64,000 nt of DNA from a virus. The notes beneath the pieces were generated by a model. The model had not been told where the DNA came from. It did no database searches and was given only the letters and a program-made list of their open reading frames with translations. Position 1 is the stretch's first letter, and every line of letters begins with the position of its first letter. Location: IMG/VR virus record IMGVR_UViG_3300046096_000411, positions 29,363-93,362 of that record; one strand, 5' to 3'. Below, one piece after another: positions 29,536 to 38,787 of this stretch. Position numbers and translations under genes: made by a program.

Positions 29536-29832
29536 TCAGGAACCTCCAGAAGAAGCGGCTGCAGCAGCGCGGCGGCGCTCCCACAAGCCAAGGATTGTCG
29601 CCTCAAGGCGGCGTCGGTATTCGGAGCCAAACTCGGCCTCACGCCGCGCGAGGTGAGCGACGCGGGTGGGCTTGTCGGCCATTCGGAGAATCGAACGAGC
29701 CTCGACCTCGCGGTCGCGCGTTTCGGCTAACCAGCCGGGACACCACGTACACACGGTCCTGCCGGTCAGTAGCACCACGGTGGGCGCGTCGGCGGCGCCA
29801 AGCCGTTTGCAACCATCGCAGCCGTCGCTCAC
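29536..29832 (-). CDS. Hypothetical Zn-finger protein
   Basis: CDGC...CTWC. Confidence 0.55.
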   Translation of the reverse strand: MSDGCDGCKRLGAADAPTVVLLTGRTVCTWCPGWLAETRDREVEARSILRMADKPTRVAHLARREAEFGSEYRRRLEATILGLWERRRAAAAASSGGS

Positions 29833-29934
29833 GACTTACCCCGGAGACGAGGCGAGCAGGCGGGCGGGGCAAAGGTAAGGGGCAGGGCGTAATTCATGGC
29901 GTCGCAAAATTGATGCGGGAATTTTACCATGAGA

Positions 29935-30507
29935 TCAGGCGGCGGCGTCCTCTTCGGGCCAGAGAATGCCATACGGGCAGACCTTGCGGACGCGTGAGGG
30001 CGAGCAGTCGTAGGGCGCGACCGAGAACAACCCGCACAGCTTCTCGAAGTCGCGCCAAAGCAGGCCTTCGAAGCCGTTGGTTTTCACGAAGAACGGGAGC
30101 TGGGTGGGCAGCATGTCGGAGTCGTCGTCCACGATGGCGTACCGCTCAACGCCAGGATGCCGGGACAGCCAATCCGCAATCTCGTCGCCGCGGCAACCAC
30201 CCAGCGACGGCGTGCGGTCCACCACGGGCAAGTCCAACCCAGCGGCCACGGACGCGAAGCTGTGGACGATGCGCCAGGACGAGGACAGCACCACGGAAAC
30301 GCCGCCAACCCGGCAAAGCCCGCGCACCAGGCCAAGCGCGGCGTGGTCAAACAAGGCCACGCCCTCGGCCGAAAAGTCACCCGAAAACCCACCAAGGCCA
30401 ACACAGGTCCGGTGCGAGTTCAACACGCCGTCGATGTCGAGGAAAAGCACGCGGGTCGCGGTAACCGGCACGGAAGCGGGAGCAGTGGAATCACGCATCA
30501 AAAACAC
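29935..30507 (-). CDS. HAD-superfamily phosphatase (Swiss-Army-knife RNA-repair type)
   Basis: VLFLDIDGVLN, VLSSSWR, RGDEI, AIVDDDSDM. Confidence 0.88.
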   Translation of the reverse strand: MFLMRDSTAPASVPVTATRVLFLDIDGVLNSHRTCVGLGGFSGDFSAEGVALFDHAALGLVRGLCRVGGVSVVLSSSWRIVHSFASVAAGLDLPVVDRTPSLGGCRGDEIADWLSRHPGVERYAIVDDDSDMLPTQLPFFVKTNGFEGLLWRDFEKLCGLFSVAPYDCSPSRVRKVCPYGILWPEEDAAA

Positions 30508-30572
30508 CTTTTTGCGCCCTATTTGCGCCCAGAGAAAACGGCCAACAAAGAAAACCCAACAAAATCAACGGG

Positions 30573-30965
30573 TTACGCATGGTTGCTCACTGATTTGGAA
30601 TCATTCGGCCTAGGAGATTCCCCAGCAACGGCAATGATTTGCGAGGGTAGCGTGGGCGTCGGGCTGGGGTTTGGTGCGCACCGCACACCAACATCAACCT
30701 CTCCGCCTTTGCCCTTCAGCCGAAGGCCACAGGAGCATAGCACGTCGGGCGCAGCACCCACGGCCTCAGCCCCGCAATTTGAGCACACGTAGCGCCTCGC
30801 GTCGGCTCCTGGCGCCAAGGCGGAAAGCAGGCGGCCAAAGCAGTGTCGGCACACGTGCTGCTCCAAGCGAAACCCCACGTCTGGCGCGGGCGCGCGCGTT
30901 TTTTTTGAAATTGGGGACAGATTGGAACCGCGCAGTTCCGACGCACGCACATTACTCAAAGTCAT
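30573..30965 (-). CDS. Zn-ribbon protein
   Basis: CRHC, CSNC, CSC. Confidence 0.6.
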   Translation of the reverse strand: MTLSNVRASELRGSNLSPISKKTRAPAPDVGFRLEQHVCRHCFGRLLSALAPGADARRYVCSNCGAEAVGAAPDVLCSCGLRLKGKGGEVDVGVRCAPNPSPTPTLPSQIIAVAGESPRPNDSKSVSNHA

Positions 30966-31537
30966 AAGCCAACCACTCCCAAACGTCCCAAACCCATAAC
31001 AACCCGCCGCGTCGAATCCCGCAGCAGCTCCACCACCAGCTCATCCATCCCAGCCGTCAACTCCCGCACCAGAACCCGGACCTCGCCACCCACCGCGTAC
31101 ACCAGTCGCCGTTTCGCCAGCACCGGGTGCAACTTCGGAAACTGCCCCTTGGCATTCTTCCCCTTCACCCACTCGTACTCGCGGTTTTTACACCCCACGC
31201 ACACATTCCCCCCGATTAACCGAAGGTCAGTCCGGTGGCACCGCGCGCAAATCGAAACCCCTCGCAGCCGGTGATAGCTCGCATCCCCCTCGCCCGAATG
31301 CCCAGCCCCAACCGAGCAAGTTCGACACCGAAACAACCGCTCCGGCACACGCTCCGCCGAATTCGCCTCGCTCCACATCCCCACACACGACGCCACACGA
31401 ATGCTCGCGCTCAACCGGTCACACCGAAACATCGGCTGGCCCGGCATCAGCCCGGACTCGAAGTAATGCACCCCAGCCACACGGACCGAGCCAGGCTCAG
31501 GGCAGGAAGCACGGGAAGCGGAAGCAGCAACAGGCAT
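30962..31537 (-). CDS. Multi-Cys Zn-finger protein
   Basis: CRTC, CARC, CVGC. Confidence 0.65.
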   Translation of the reverse strand: MPVAASASRASCPEPGSVRVAGVHYFESGLMPGQPMFRCDRLSASIRVASCVGMWSEANSAERVPERLFRCRTCSVGAGHSGEGDASYHRLRGVSICARCHRTDLRLIGGNVCVGCKNREYEWVKGKNAKGQFPKLHPVLAKRRLVYAVGGEVRVLVRELTAGMDELVVELLRDSTRRVVMGLGRLGVVGL

Positions 31538-31619
31538 GGCAACGACCCGGTAATTTTGATGCCCGGAATTATGCCACCCCTACGGTCACGACAGAACGAC
31601 AAGCCGTGTATTGGCGGGA

Positions 31620-32000
31620 AAACAACAAAACACAGAATGTAACGGCGTCAACAAAAGCGTAACGGCCAGCGTTGACAGATTTTCCCCAACAAAATCAAGC
31701 CTTTATATATATATGTAACGATGTAACGTAAATATATATATAGAGCCCCATTGTGATAACAACCACCCCCTACGGGCTCTCATCACCAAGGGGTACCCCC
31801 CCCACCTTTGCTTATTAGCTGTTGTCTCCGAAAATCGCGTTACAGCGTTGACAATGCCAAAAAGCCCCAACAAAATCAACGGTAACAAGCGTTGTCAGGC
31901 CTCCGTTACTGGCGTTTACAAGATTTTGTCAACGCTCGGAGGCGAAACAGCGTTACATCGCAGCGTTTACAAGGGTTTTCGAGCGTTACATTTTGTTTTT
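31620..32000. repeat. Putative replication origin: opposed GTAACG iterons around (TA)n
   Basis: GTAACG at 31639, 31659, 31715, 31723; CGTTAC at 31838, 31904, 31951, 31984; AT-rich; gene strand switches here. Confidence 0.65.
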
Positions 32001-32080
32001 GAAGTTGGTTTGCATTGAAATTGTTGTGGCACAATACAAGCATCACAACAGCAACGGACCCGGACCAACCGGGCAAGACG

Positions 32081-33125
32081 ATGAACCGAACCGACACCCT
32101 CGCAGCCCTACGCGTAGCCGGATACCACAACGACCAGCGCGCCAGGGTGCGCTTGATGGTCGAGAACCGCATCAGCCGCGAAGCCGCGGACAAGGCGTGG
32201 GTCACCGGCCAAGTCCAGAAGCGCCAGGGCATGCCCTGCGGGTGCTTCGCCTGCAAAGAAGCCTTCCACGCCAACGTGCGCAAGCAAGAGCGCCTGCTCA
32301 ACGCCGGATGCCTGACCACATGGGGCGCTGCCACCGGCCGCACCACATGGACCGTCGCCGGGCAGGTCGTCGGCCACTCGGTCGGCCAGGTCGGCGCCAC
32401 CACCGCATACATCAACCAACCAGCAGAATGAACATGACCACCGCCACCACCCCCCTCGAATGGTCCGACCTCTGGGACGCCATGGACGCAGCCCCCACAG
32501 AGTGGATCGAAACCACCCGCGACATGTACTGGCAGATGCTCGAGTGCCTGCCACCCCGAGCCCAGCGGCGCGGCGCATTTTTGGTCGGCGAGCCCAAGAC
32601 GCACAACGACCAAGGCCAGGCCGTCTACGCCTGCTTTGACGAGCGCGCCGATGGCCGATTTTTTGCCCGCCACCTGACAGTGGCTGAGTTTTTCAAGGAG
32701 ATTTCATGACCACCACCACCCTCACCACAGGCCGCGAGTACCGCGTGTCCAGCGTCCGAAAAGGCAAATTCACCGGCAAGCTGACACACGCCGACGACAC
32801 ATGGGCCACATTCGAAATCACCGCCGGCAAGGCTGACGCGATGCTGACCGAGAACGTCCGCAAGAAGGGCGAAGAAGTCACGGTGCGCCGAGAGTTGTGC
32901 GCCTTCACCGAGGTGCTCACCCACCGCGTCCGCACCTCCTGCGACAAGTTCCAAGTCAAGCACATGGGCCGCTGGTTCAACGTCGTCGCCCGCTTCCCCG
33001 ACACCGCAGCCGGCATCAAGAAATCCAACAACTACATGATTGCCAACCCGAACACGGGCTTACTGACCATCACCGACGGCTGGATCAACATCGCCGACAT
33101 GGACGACGCGGGAGTGGCGGCGTGA
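32081..33125 (+). CDS. Three coupled small early ORFs (about 32081-32431, 32428-32709, 32706-33125)
   Basis: ATGA overlaps. Confidence 0.6.
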
Positions 33126-33385
33126 TCCAACGACGCGGATTTCTTGGAGCAATGCTGGCGCTCGTGGCAGCTCCAAGTCTAGCTGGCCACCAACCAACGA
33201 AACTGGCTCGAGCCATTGCGCCTAGACGTTACTTGTCAGTTCTTGACTTTGGTGCCGACCCGACGGGACGCGATGATAGTAGTGCCGCGTTTCAGCGAGC
33301 CATAGACGCAGCTGGTTCCGGCGATGTTGTGCGTGTCCCGATTGGAACGTATCGCGTCCAGCCATCTATAGGCGGCGCAGCATGA
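33122..33385 (+). CDS. Mini-protein: Tat-like signal plus pectate-lyase-3 N-terminal motif
   Basis: QRRGFLG...; LSVLDFGADPTGRDDSSAAFQRAIDA...VPIGTYRV. Confidence 0.6.
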   Translation: MIQRRGFLGAMLALVAAPSLAGHQPTKLARAIAPRRYLSVLDFGADPTGRDDSSAAFQRAIDAAGSGDVVRVPIGTYRVQPSIGGAA

Positions 33386-34185
33386 CCACACAAAAAAGCT
33401 ATTTCCAAGAATACGAAGCCATGATCAAACACAACAAACTCAACCAGCCATGCAGCACTTTTGAACTATTCCTGAACATGGTCGGCGACTTTCTGGCGGC
33501 CCTTGGGCTTGTAGCCGCCGTTGCACTTTTCGGCCTGTACTACGGTGGGTTTTTCCACTGGGCGGCAAAGAGTTTGCCGGACAACGCGATTTTGCAATTC
33601 TTTTTTGGAGCGTGAGACATGACCATCAGAATAATCTCAGACCGTGAGGTCACTCTGCAAATGCAAATAGAGGTGCAAGGCAAGGTACTCCAAAAAACCA
33701 TGAACGAAGCGATTGCCCAAACCAAACGCATTGCGGAACTTGAGGTGGAGGTTACGTCGCTACGCTCTGAAAGCGCACACCATTTACGCGAATACAAAGC
33801 TGCGCGGGGCGAACTCCATAAAGCGCAGGCAGCTATCGAGGCCAGCCGGAAGCAGGAGCCTGTGGCGACGGTGCGCCATGAACTTCGCCCATGGGAGAAG
33901 GCCGCACTCGCCCCGCCACACCCAAGACATTTCGGAATCCCGAAGGAGCACTGTGAAGCCGCGCAGCATTACGCAAATTTCTGGCACCAGAACCGACTAG
34001 ATGCTGTCCGCGTGAAGCAAGAAGCCGCGCAGCCAGTACAAGTGCCGCTGACGGCTGAGCGGATAGTTTCAGCCTGCTACTCATTCCGCCATGACTTTGG
34101 ACTGTTGCCACAAGAAACACGCGATTCACTTACCCGAACCGCAACAGACTGGGCTCAAGCATTCGGCATCGGAGGCGGACAATGA
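33382..34185 (+). CDS. Two accessory ORFs (membrane 33382-33615; coiled-coil 33619-34185)
   Basis: Coupled ORFs in the early operon. Confidence 0.55.
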
Positions 34186-34379
34186 CCCGCCCAGACTCCC
34201 CCTGCATCGCCATCTGCGACACGCTCTACCAACCAACCCACTGCTCAGGATGCGGCCGCACCATCCAAGAGGTAGCCAACTGGGTCATCCTCAGCGAGGC
34301 CGAGAAAGACGCGGTGTGGCAGCGCATCGAGACAGAAGGCACCGCCAAGAGGTTCACCACTTACCGGGAGCGGACATGA
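34182..34379 (+). CDS. DUF1289-like Cys-rich protein
   Basis: SPCIAIC...CSGCGRTIQEVANW. Confidence 0.75.
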   Translation: MTRPDSPCIAICDTLYQPTHCSGCGRTIQEVANWVILSEAEKDAVWQRIETEGTAKRFTTYRERT

Positions 34380-34623
34380 CCACCAGCGTCCCCTACGCCG
34401 CGTTTTTCCTCGGCTTCCCCGTCGTCATCACCGCACCAGGCCAGTACGTCACCCGGTCGGGCGAGGTGGTCGAGGTGGACGACGACAGCAGCTACCACTG
34501 GAAGCGCGGCCGGTACCAGTGCGGCACAGTCGAGACATGGCACCGCAGCGGCCGCATCTTTTCTGGTACCGAGACGGCCAACGACATCGTGCAGCCGGTC
34601 GCGACGGAATCCGGGCTCGCGCC

Positions 34624-35127
34624 ATGAAACTCCACACCATTGAATCCATCCACCAGCGATGCGTCGAAGACGGCGACTGCTGGGAGTGGCAAAGCTGCAC
34701 CACCGCCACAGGCCACCCGACGGCGCGCCACGACGGCAAGACCGTACTGGTGCGCAGGATTGTGGTCTCACTGTCAGGTCGCCAGATAGGCCCCAAAGAC
34801 AAGGCGGTGACGACTTGTGAGAACATCAAGTGCGTCAACCCAGACCACGTCGTCACACGCACGCACCGCCAGGTAATGAAGCGCCAAGGCGAACTCGGGA
34901 AACTGAGTGATCCAACCCGCATCGCCAAAATCGCAGCCACCAAGCGGGCTGGCCATCAGGCCAAGCTGACCATGGAAGACGCTCGCGCCATTCGCTCCAG
35001 CAGCGATACGCACAAGAAAATCGCAGAGCAATACAGCATCCACCCCAGCAAAGTCGCATCGATACGGCAACACCGATGCTGGCGAGAACTCACGGGAAAC
35101 CCGTTTGCCGGGCTAGGCGCGCGGTGA
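34624..35127 (+). CDS. Degenerate HNH-like domain plus C-terminal HTH
   Basis: DCWEW...TCENIKCVNPDHV; KLTMEDARAIR...IAEQYSI. Confidence 0.7.
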   Translation: MKLHTIESIHQRCVEDGDCWEWQSCTTATGHPTARHDGKTVLVRRIVVSLSGRQIGPKDKAVTTCENIKCVNPDHVVTRTHRQVMKRQGELGKLSDPTRIAKIAATKRAGHQAKLTMEDARAIRSSSDTHKKIAEQYSIHPSKVASIRQHRCWRELTGNPFAGLGAR

Positions 35128-36167
35128 GTAACCCCACGCCATGGTCATGAATACACGCCGCAACAATTTTGCGGCATAATAAAAGCATCCCAACCACACC
35201 ACGCGACACCATGAACCTCCAAGCCCACATCATCAGCACGCTCGGCAAGCGCCTGCACAGCATCAAGATTGTGACCCCATCGCTGGGCCTCGACCGCGTC
35301 ACCATCTCCCTGGCTGAGCAAGAAGCCCGCGACTGGGCCCGCACCCACGGTCACAAAGTGGTCAGCGACATCGTCAGCCAGGGTGAGTACCGTGCATGGG
35401 TCGAACCCATCCCCGCTGGTCGCCTGCGCACCATGGCGCAACTCGGTCGCACGGTGGCGGCATGACGCTAGGTGCCACAGCGCCAACCCGCGATGTAACG
35501 CGCATCGATAAAGCTCGCGTCACCACGCTCCACGAGTGCAACGCCTACGTCGGCCACGCGACCGGCGTCATGCTGGCCGGTGGCGTCGAGTGCATCGTCA
35601 TCACAGCCACGCGCGAAGACGCGCAGGCCTTCATGGATAAGTTGTTCGCCACGCCGGGAGACGCCCGGTTTTCAGCCCCCGTCGCCATGGTCCAACGCAA
35701 GGACGTGGCCATCACACCAATCGAAACCTGAACGCCGCGAAGTACCGGCTAACAAAAATGCAAATTTATTAAGTAAAAACATGGATGCAGCAAAATTATT
35801 GCAGTAGAATCAAATTGTCAAAACAAGGAGCCACCATGACCGACCGAACCACCCTCGCCCTAGCCGCCTGCGCGGGGCTCACCGATACCGAGCTCGCCGA
35901 GCGCGGAGCCCAAGGCTTCAAGAAGATGCGCGACCGCAAACGCCAGTACGCCAACGCCGCCCGCATGCTGGCGAAAGGCATGGAGCTGGCCGAGGCGAAG
36001 ATCGCCGACCTCGAGAAGCAGCTGGATGCCGCGAAGAAGCACGCCGCAGCACTGGAGCAACTCGACGCACCAGTGACTGACACCACGCAAGCCGCAAGCC
36101 TGCTGGCAAACCTGAGCAAGACAACCAAGTAACGCAACCCGCCCGGAGCCAACCGGGCACCACAACC

Positions 36168-36476
36168 ATGAAACTCAAGCACCTCGCCATCATCGCAGCC
36201 ATTCTCGTCAGCGCCACGGCGCATGCGCAGAACCGAAACCTCCACGTCGAAACCCCAGAGGGGCGGCTCATTCTGCAGCCCAAGCCGTGCCAAAAGGGCG
36301 GCAAGGAGGCCACGTTTATCGAAAACCGCGACAACGGCGGCGGCGGCTACGGCTGCTGGTACCTTTGGAACGACCACGTCTACGTCGTGTGGAACACATT
36401 TATTGGCGCGAACGGCAGCATGCTCCGAACCGACGCCATCATGACGTACCCAGCGCCACCAGAGCTGCGTCGTTGA
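36168..36476 (+). CDS. Exported small protein
   Basis: Sec signal ending ATAHA. Confidence 0.6.
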   Translation: MKLKHLAIIAAILVSATAHAQNRNLHVETPEGRLILQPKPCQKGGKEATFIENRDNGGGGYGCWYLWNDHVYVVWNTFIGANGSMLRTDAIMTYPAPPELRR

Positions 36477-36494
36477 TTGAAGGCCGGTCACGAC

Positions 36495-37238
36495 ATGAAA
36501 CTCAACCTACAAGCCAGACTGGTCGCAGCGGTCGCCCAGTTCAAAGCCTCCCACGACATCCGCTACTACCTCAACGGCGTCTACGTCGAACCACGCCCCC
36601 AAGGCGGTGCCGTGATCGTCGCCACCAACGGCCACGCCATGGGCGTCTGGCTGGACGAAACCGGCGAGATCGAGCGCCCAGCCATCCTGCGCATTGGCGC
36701 GAAGCTCCAAGCCGCGTGCCGTGGGTCTGACATCAAGCGCCTGACCATTATCGACAACCGGCTGGCCGTGCTCGGGCAGAAGGTGAAGGGTGGACTCAAA
36801 GACATGGAGCTGTACGTCCAGCCCCAGCCAGGCGACTGGGAGGTGCCAGGCAAGTTCCCGGACTGGGCCAACGTCGTCCGCGTCATTGACGGCCCACCCA
36901 GCCTGCACTCAGCACTCAACCCCGAGTACATCGCCATGATGGACAGCGCCATCGGCATCGGCATCGGCGACAAGTTCAAGAACATCACCGTGCGCCAAGA
37001 GGCCCCACACTCGGGCATAGTGTTCACGACATCAGCCACGCCTAACTTTGTCGGCGTCATCATGCCCTTGCGCGACCACGACGCCCCGTTCCCCGCATGG
37101 GTCAAACCAATGCTGACCCGGCACGAAATGGAGCGCCGAGCGAAGGCTGCGCCCCTGCCCGTCCACGAGCCCAGCGACGCCGGGCCGAAGGATAGTGATG
37201 TGCGCGGGTGGGCGATGGTGACTGGGGGTGCGGCATGA
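36495..37238 (+). CDS. DNA polymerase III beta-clamp-like protein (two-domain)
   Basis: DIRYYLNGVYVE, VATNGH, GKFPDW, NPEY, GVIMPLR. Confidence 0.75.
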   Translation: MKLNLQARLVAAVAQFKASHDIRYYLNGVYVEPRPQGGAVIVATNGHAMGVWLDETGEIERPAILRIGAKLQAACRGSDIKRLTIIDNRLAVLGQKVKGGLKDMELYVQPQPGDWEVPGKFPDWANVVRVIDGPPSLHSALNPEYIAMMDSAIGIGIGDKFKNITVRQEAPHSGIVFTTSATPNFVGVIMPLRDHDAPFPAWVKPMLTRHEMERRAKAAPLPVHEPSDAGPKDSDVRGWAMVTGGAA

Positions 37239-37567
37239 AACTCACCACCAAGCCCACCACGATGCTGCTCATCGAAGACTTGATGCGGCGACCCCACAAC
37301 CTCGACCCGATCCGCGTCATCACCGAGAACTTCGAGCCCGGCAGGGGTCGCATCATCATCACCTGCTACGACGCCGCGTGGGTCGGGTACTGGACGGCCA
37401 TGGGCGGCAAGACCGTGGAGCAGTTCTTTATCGACTGCGACGCCGAATACCTTGCCGCCAACCTTGGCAGCGCGTCATCGCTTAGCCGTAGCAATAACAA
37501 CCGCACCTACCTGATCCGCGTCATCCGCGCGGTGCAGGAGGCGCTCATCGAATCCTCCAAGTCCTAA
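37235..37567 (+). CDS. Hypothetical phage protein
   Basis: LDPIRV...GRIIITCY..AW..YW pattern; coupled start. Confidence 0.65.
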   Translation: MKLTTKPTTMLLIEDLMRRPHNLDPIRVITENFEPGRGRIIITCYDAAWVGYWTAMGGKTVEQFFIDCDAEYLAANLGSASSLSRSNNNRTYLIRVIRAVQEALIESSKS

Positions 37568-37823
37568 ACCATTACCACCATGAACTTCGACAACGACGAA
37601 CACGACCGCGCCGAGCTGGCTGCCGATGACCGAGCTGTGAGACGATACAACGCCAAGCTCGGTGCAAACCCCGACTGCCGCGACCCAGACCACCCCGGGT
37701 GCGAGCATTGCGAGCCCGACGAAGACTAACAAACCCGCTGAATTCATTGCAAAAAACCACACGCAATAAAATTATTGCAGTAGAATCGAGGCTGGGAATT
37801 GCCCCGATTTACATTAAGAAACC

Positions 37824-38717
37824 ATGAAAACCAAAATGCTTAAACGAGCCCGCCAGCTCTTCTGCCACGCCCACGCACCCACCAGCACCGCCCGCCACAA
37901 CATGCGCCAGTGGGTGCGCAGCATTCGCCACCTCGGCGACCGCTGGTTGCTTGCAAAAAACATTCGCCGCTCCGCTTAACTCACCACACAACCATCATGA
38001 CCAAAGAGGAATCCATCAGAAAGCAGTCGCAAGCTCTACTGGAGCGAGCCGCCGACCTCGGCCTGAACGTCACCATCACCCGCGCACCAGACTACCCGCT
38101 GGCCATGGGTCACGTCCGCGACGTGATCGACGTGTGGCCGCTGCGCCAGCTGGCGGAGCCAATCAACCGGACCCATGACGTCCAGCACCTGCCGCCCGAT
38201 GACACGGAAGGTGGTGCAGCATGAGCTGCCCACCCTGCAACCAAAACTGCAACCAAGGCCGAAATTGCCAGAGATTGCGAACAGCCGCCCCAAGGGATCG
38301 CAGCCGCATCGCGTCGGCAATTGCTGACGCAGCGGTAGTCCTGATGGGCGTCGCCATCGCCGGCGTCCTGGGCGTCGGTGGCGGCGTTTTGCTTTGGATA
38401 ACGTCGAGGGCAGCACAATGAACCCGCCTAACCGCCCAGGCCAACGCTGCCGCGTCATCGGCGGCCGCATGGCCTTCAACGGCGAGGGCAAAGGGCCAAA
38501 CCAAGGGAAAGAGGTCATCACGGTGTTCATGCACGACGAGAAAGCTGGCGCGGAGCTGGAGAACGTCTGGCGCTGCCGGGCGGCCAGCGGGCACGTGCTC
38601 CAGACCTACTACGGGGCAGGTGATGAGGCTGACTTTTTGGAGTGCTGGCTGGAATTGGAGGAGCCACCCAAACCAGAGGCCATATCCACCGCCGCAGAGA
38701 AGGACATCACCGCATAA
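37824..38717 (+). CDS. Four small ORFs (37824-37979, 37997-38224, 38221-38421, 38418-38717)
   Basis: Own TAGAAT promoter at 37781; ATGA overlaps. Confidence 0.55.
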
Positions 38718-38740
38718 CGGGGTGACACCCGCCACAAACA

Positions 38741-38766
38741 AAACAGCCGCCCGTAGGCGGTTTTTT
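38741..38766. terminator. Rho-independent terminator between convergent operons
   Basis: GCCGCC-CGTA-GGCGGT followed by a T run. Confidence 0.75.
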
Positions 38767-38787
38767 CAATGGGCGTGAGCCCAATGG

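Noticed and set aside
36488-37030. Extra TCACGAC matches at 36488 and about 37024
   Set aside because: Antisense to plus-strand genes with no downstream minus-strand gene; likely chance
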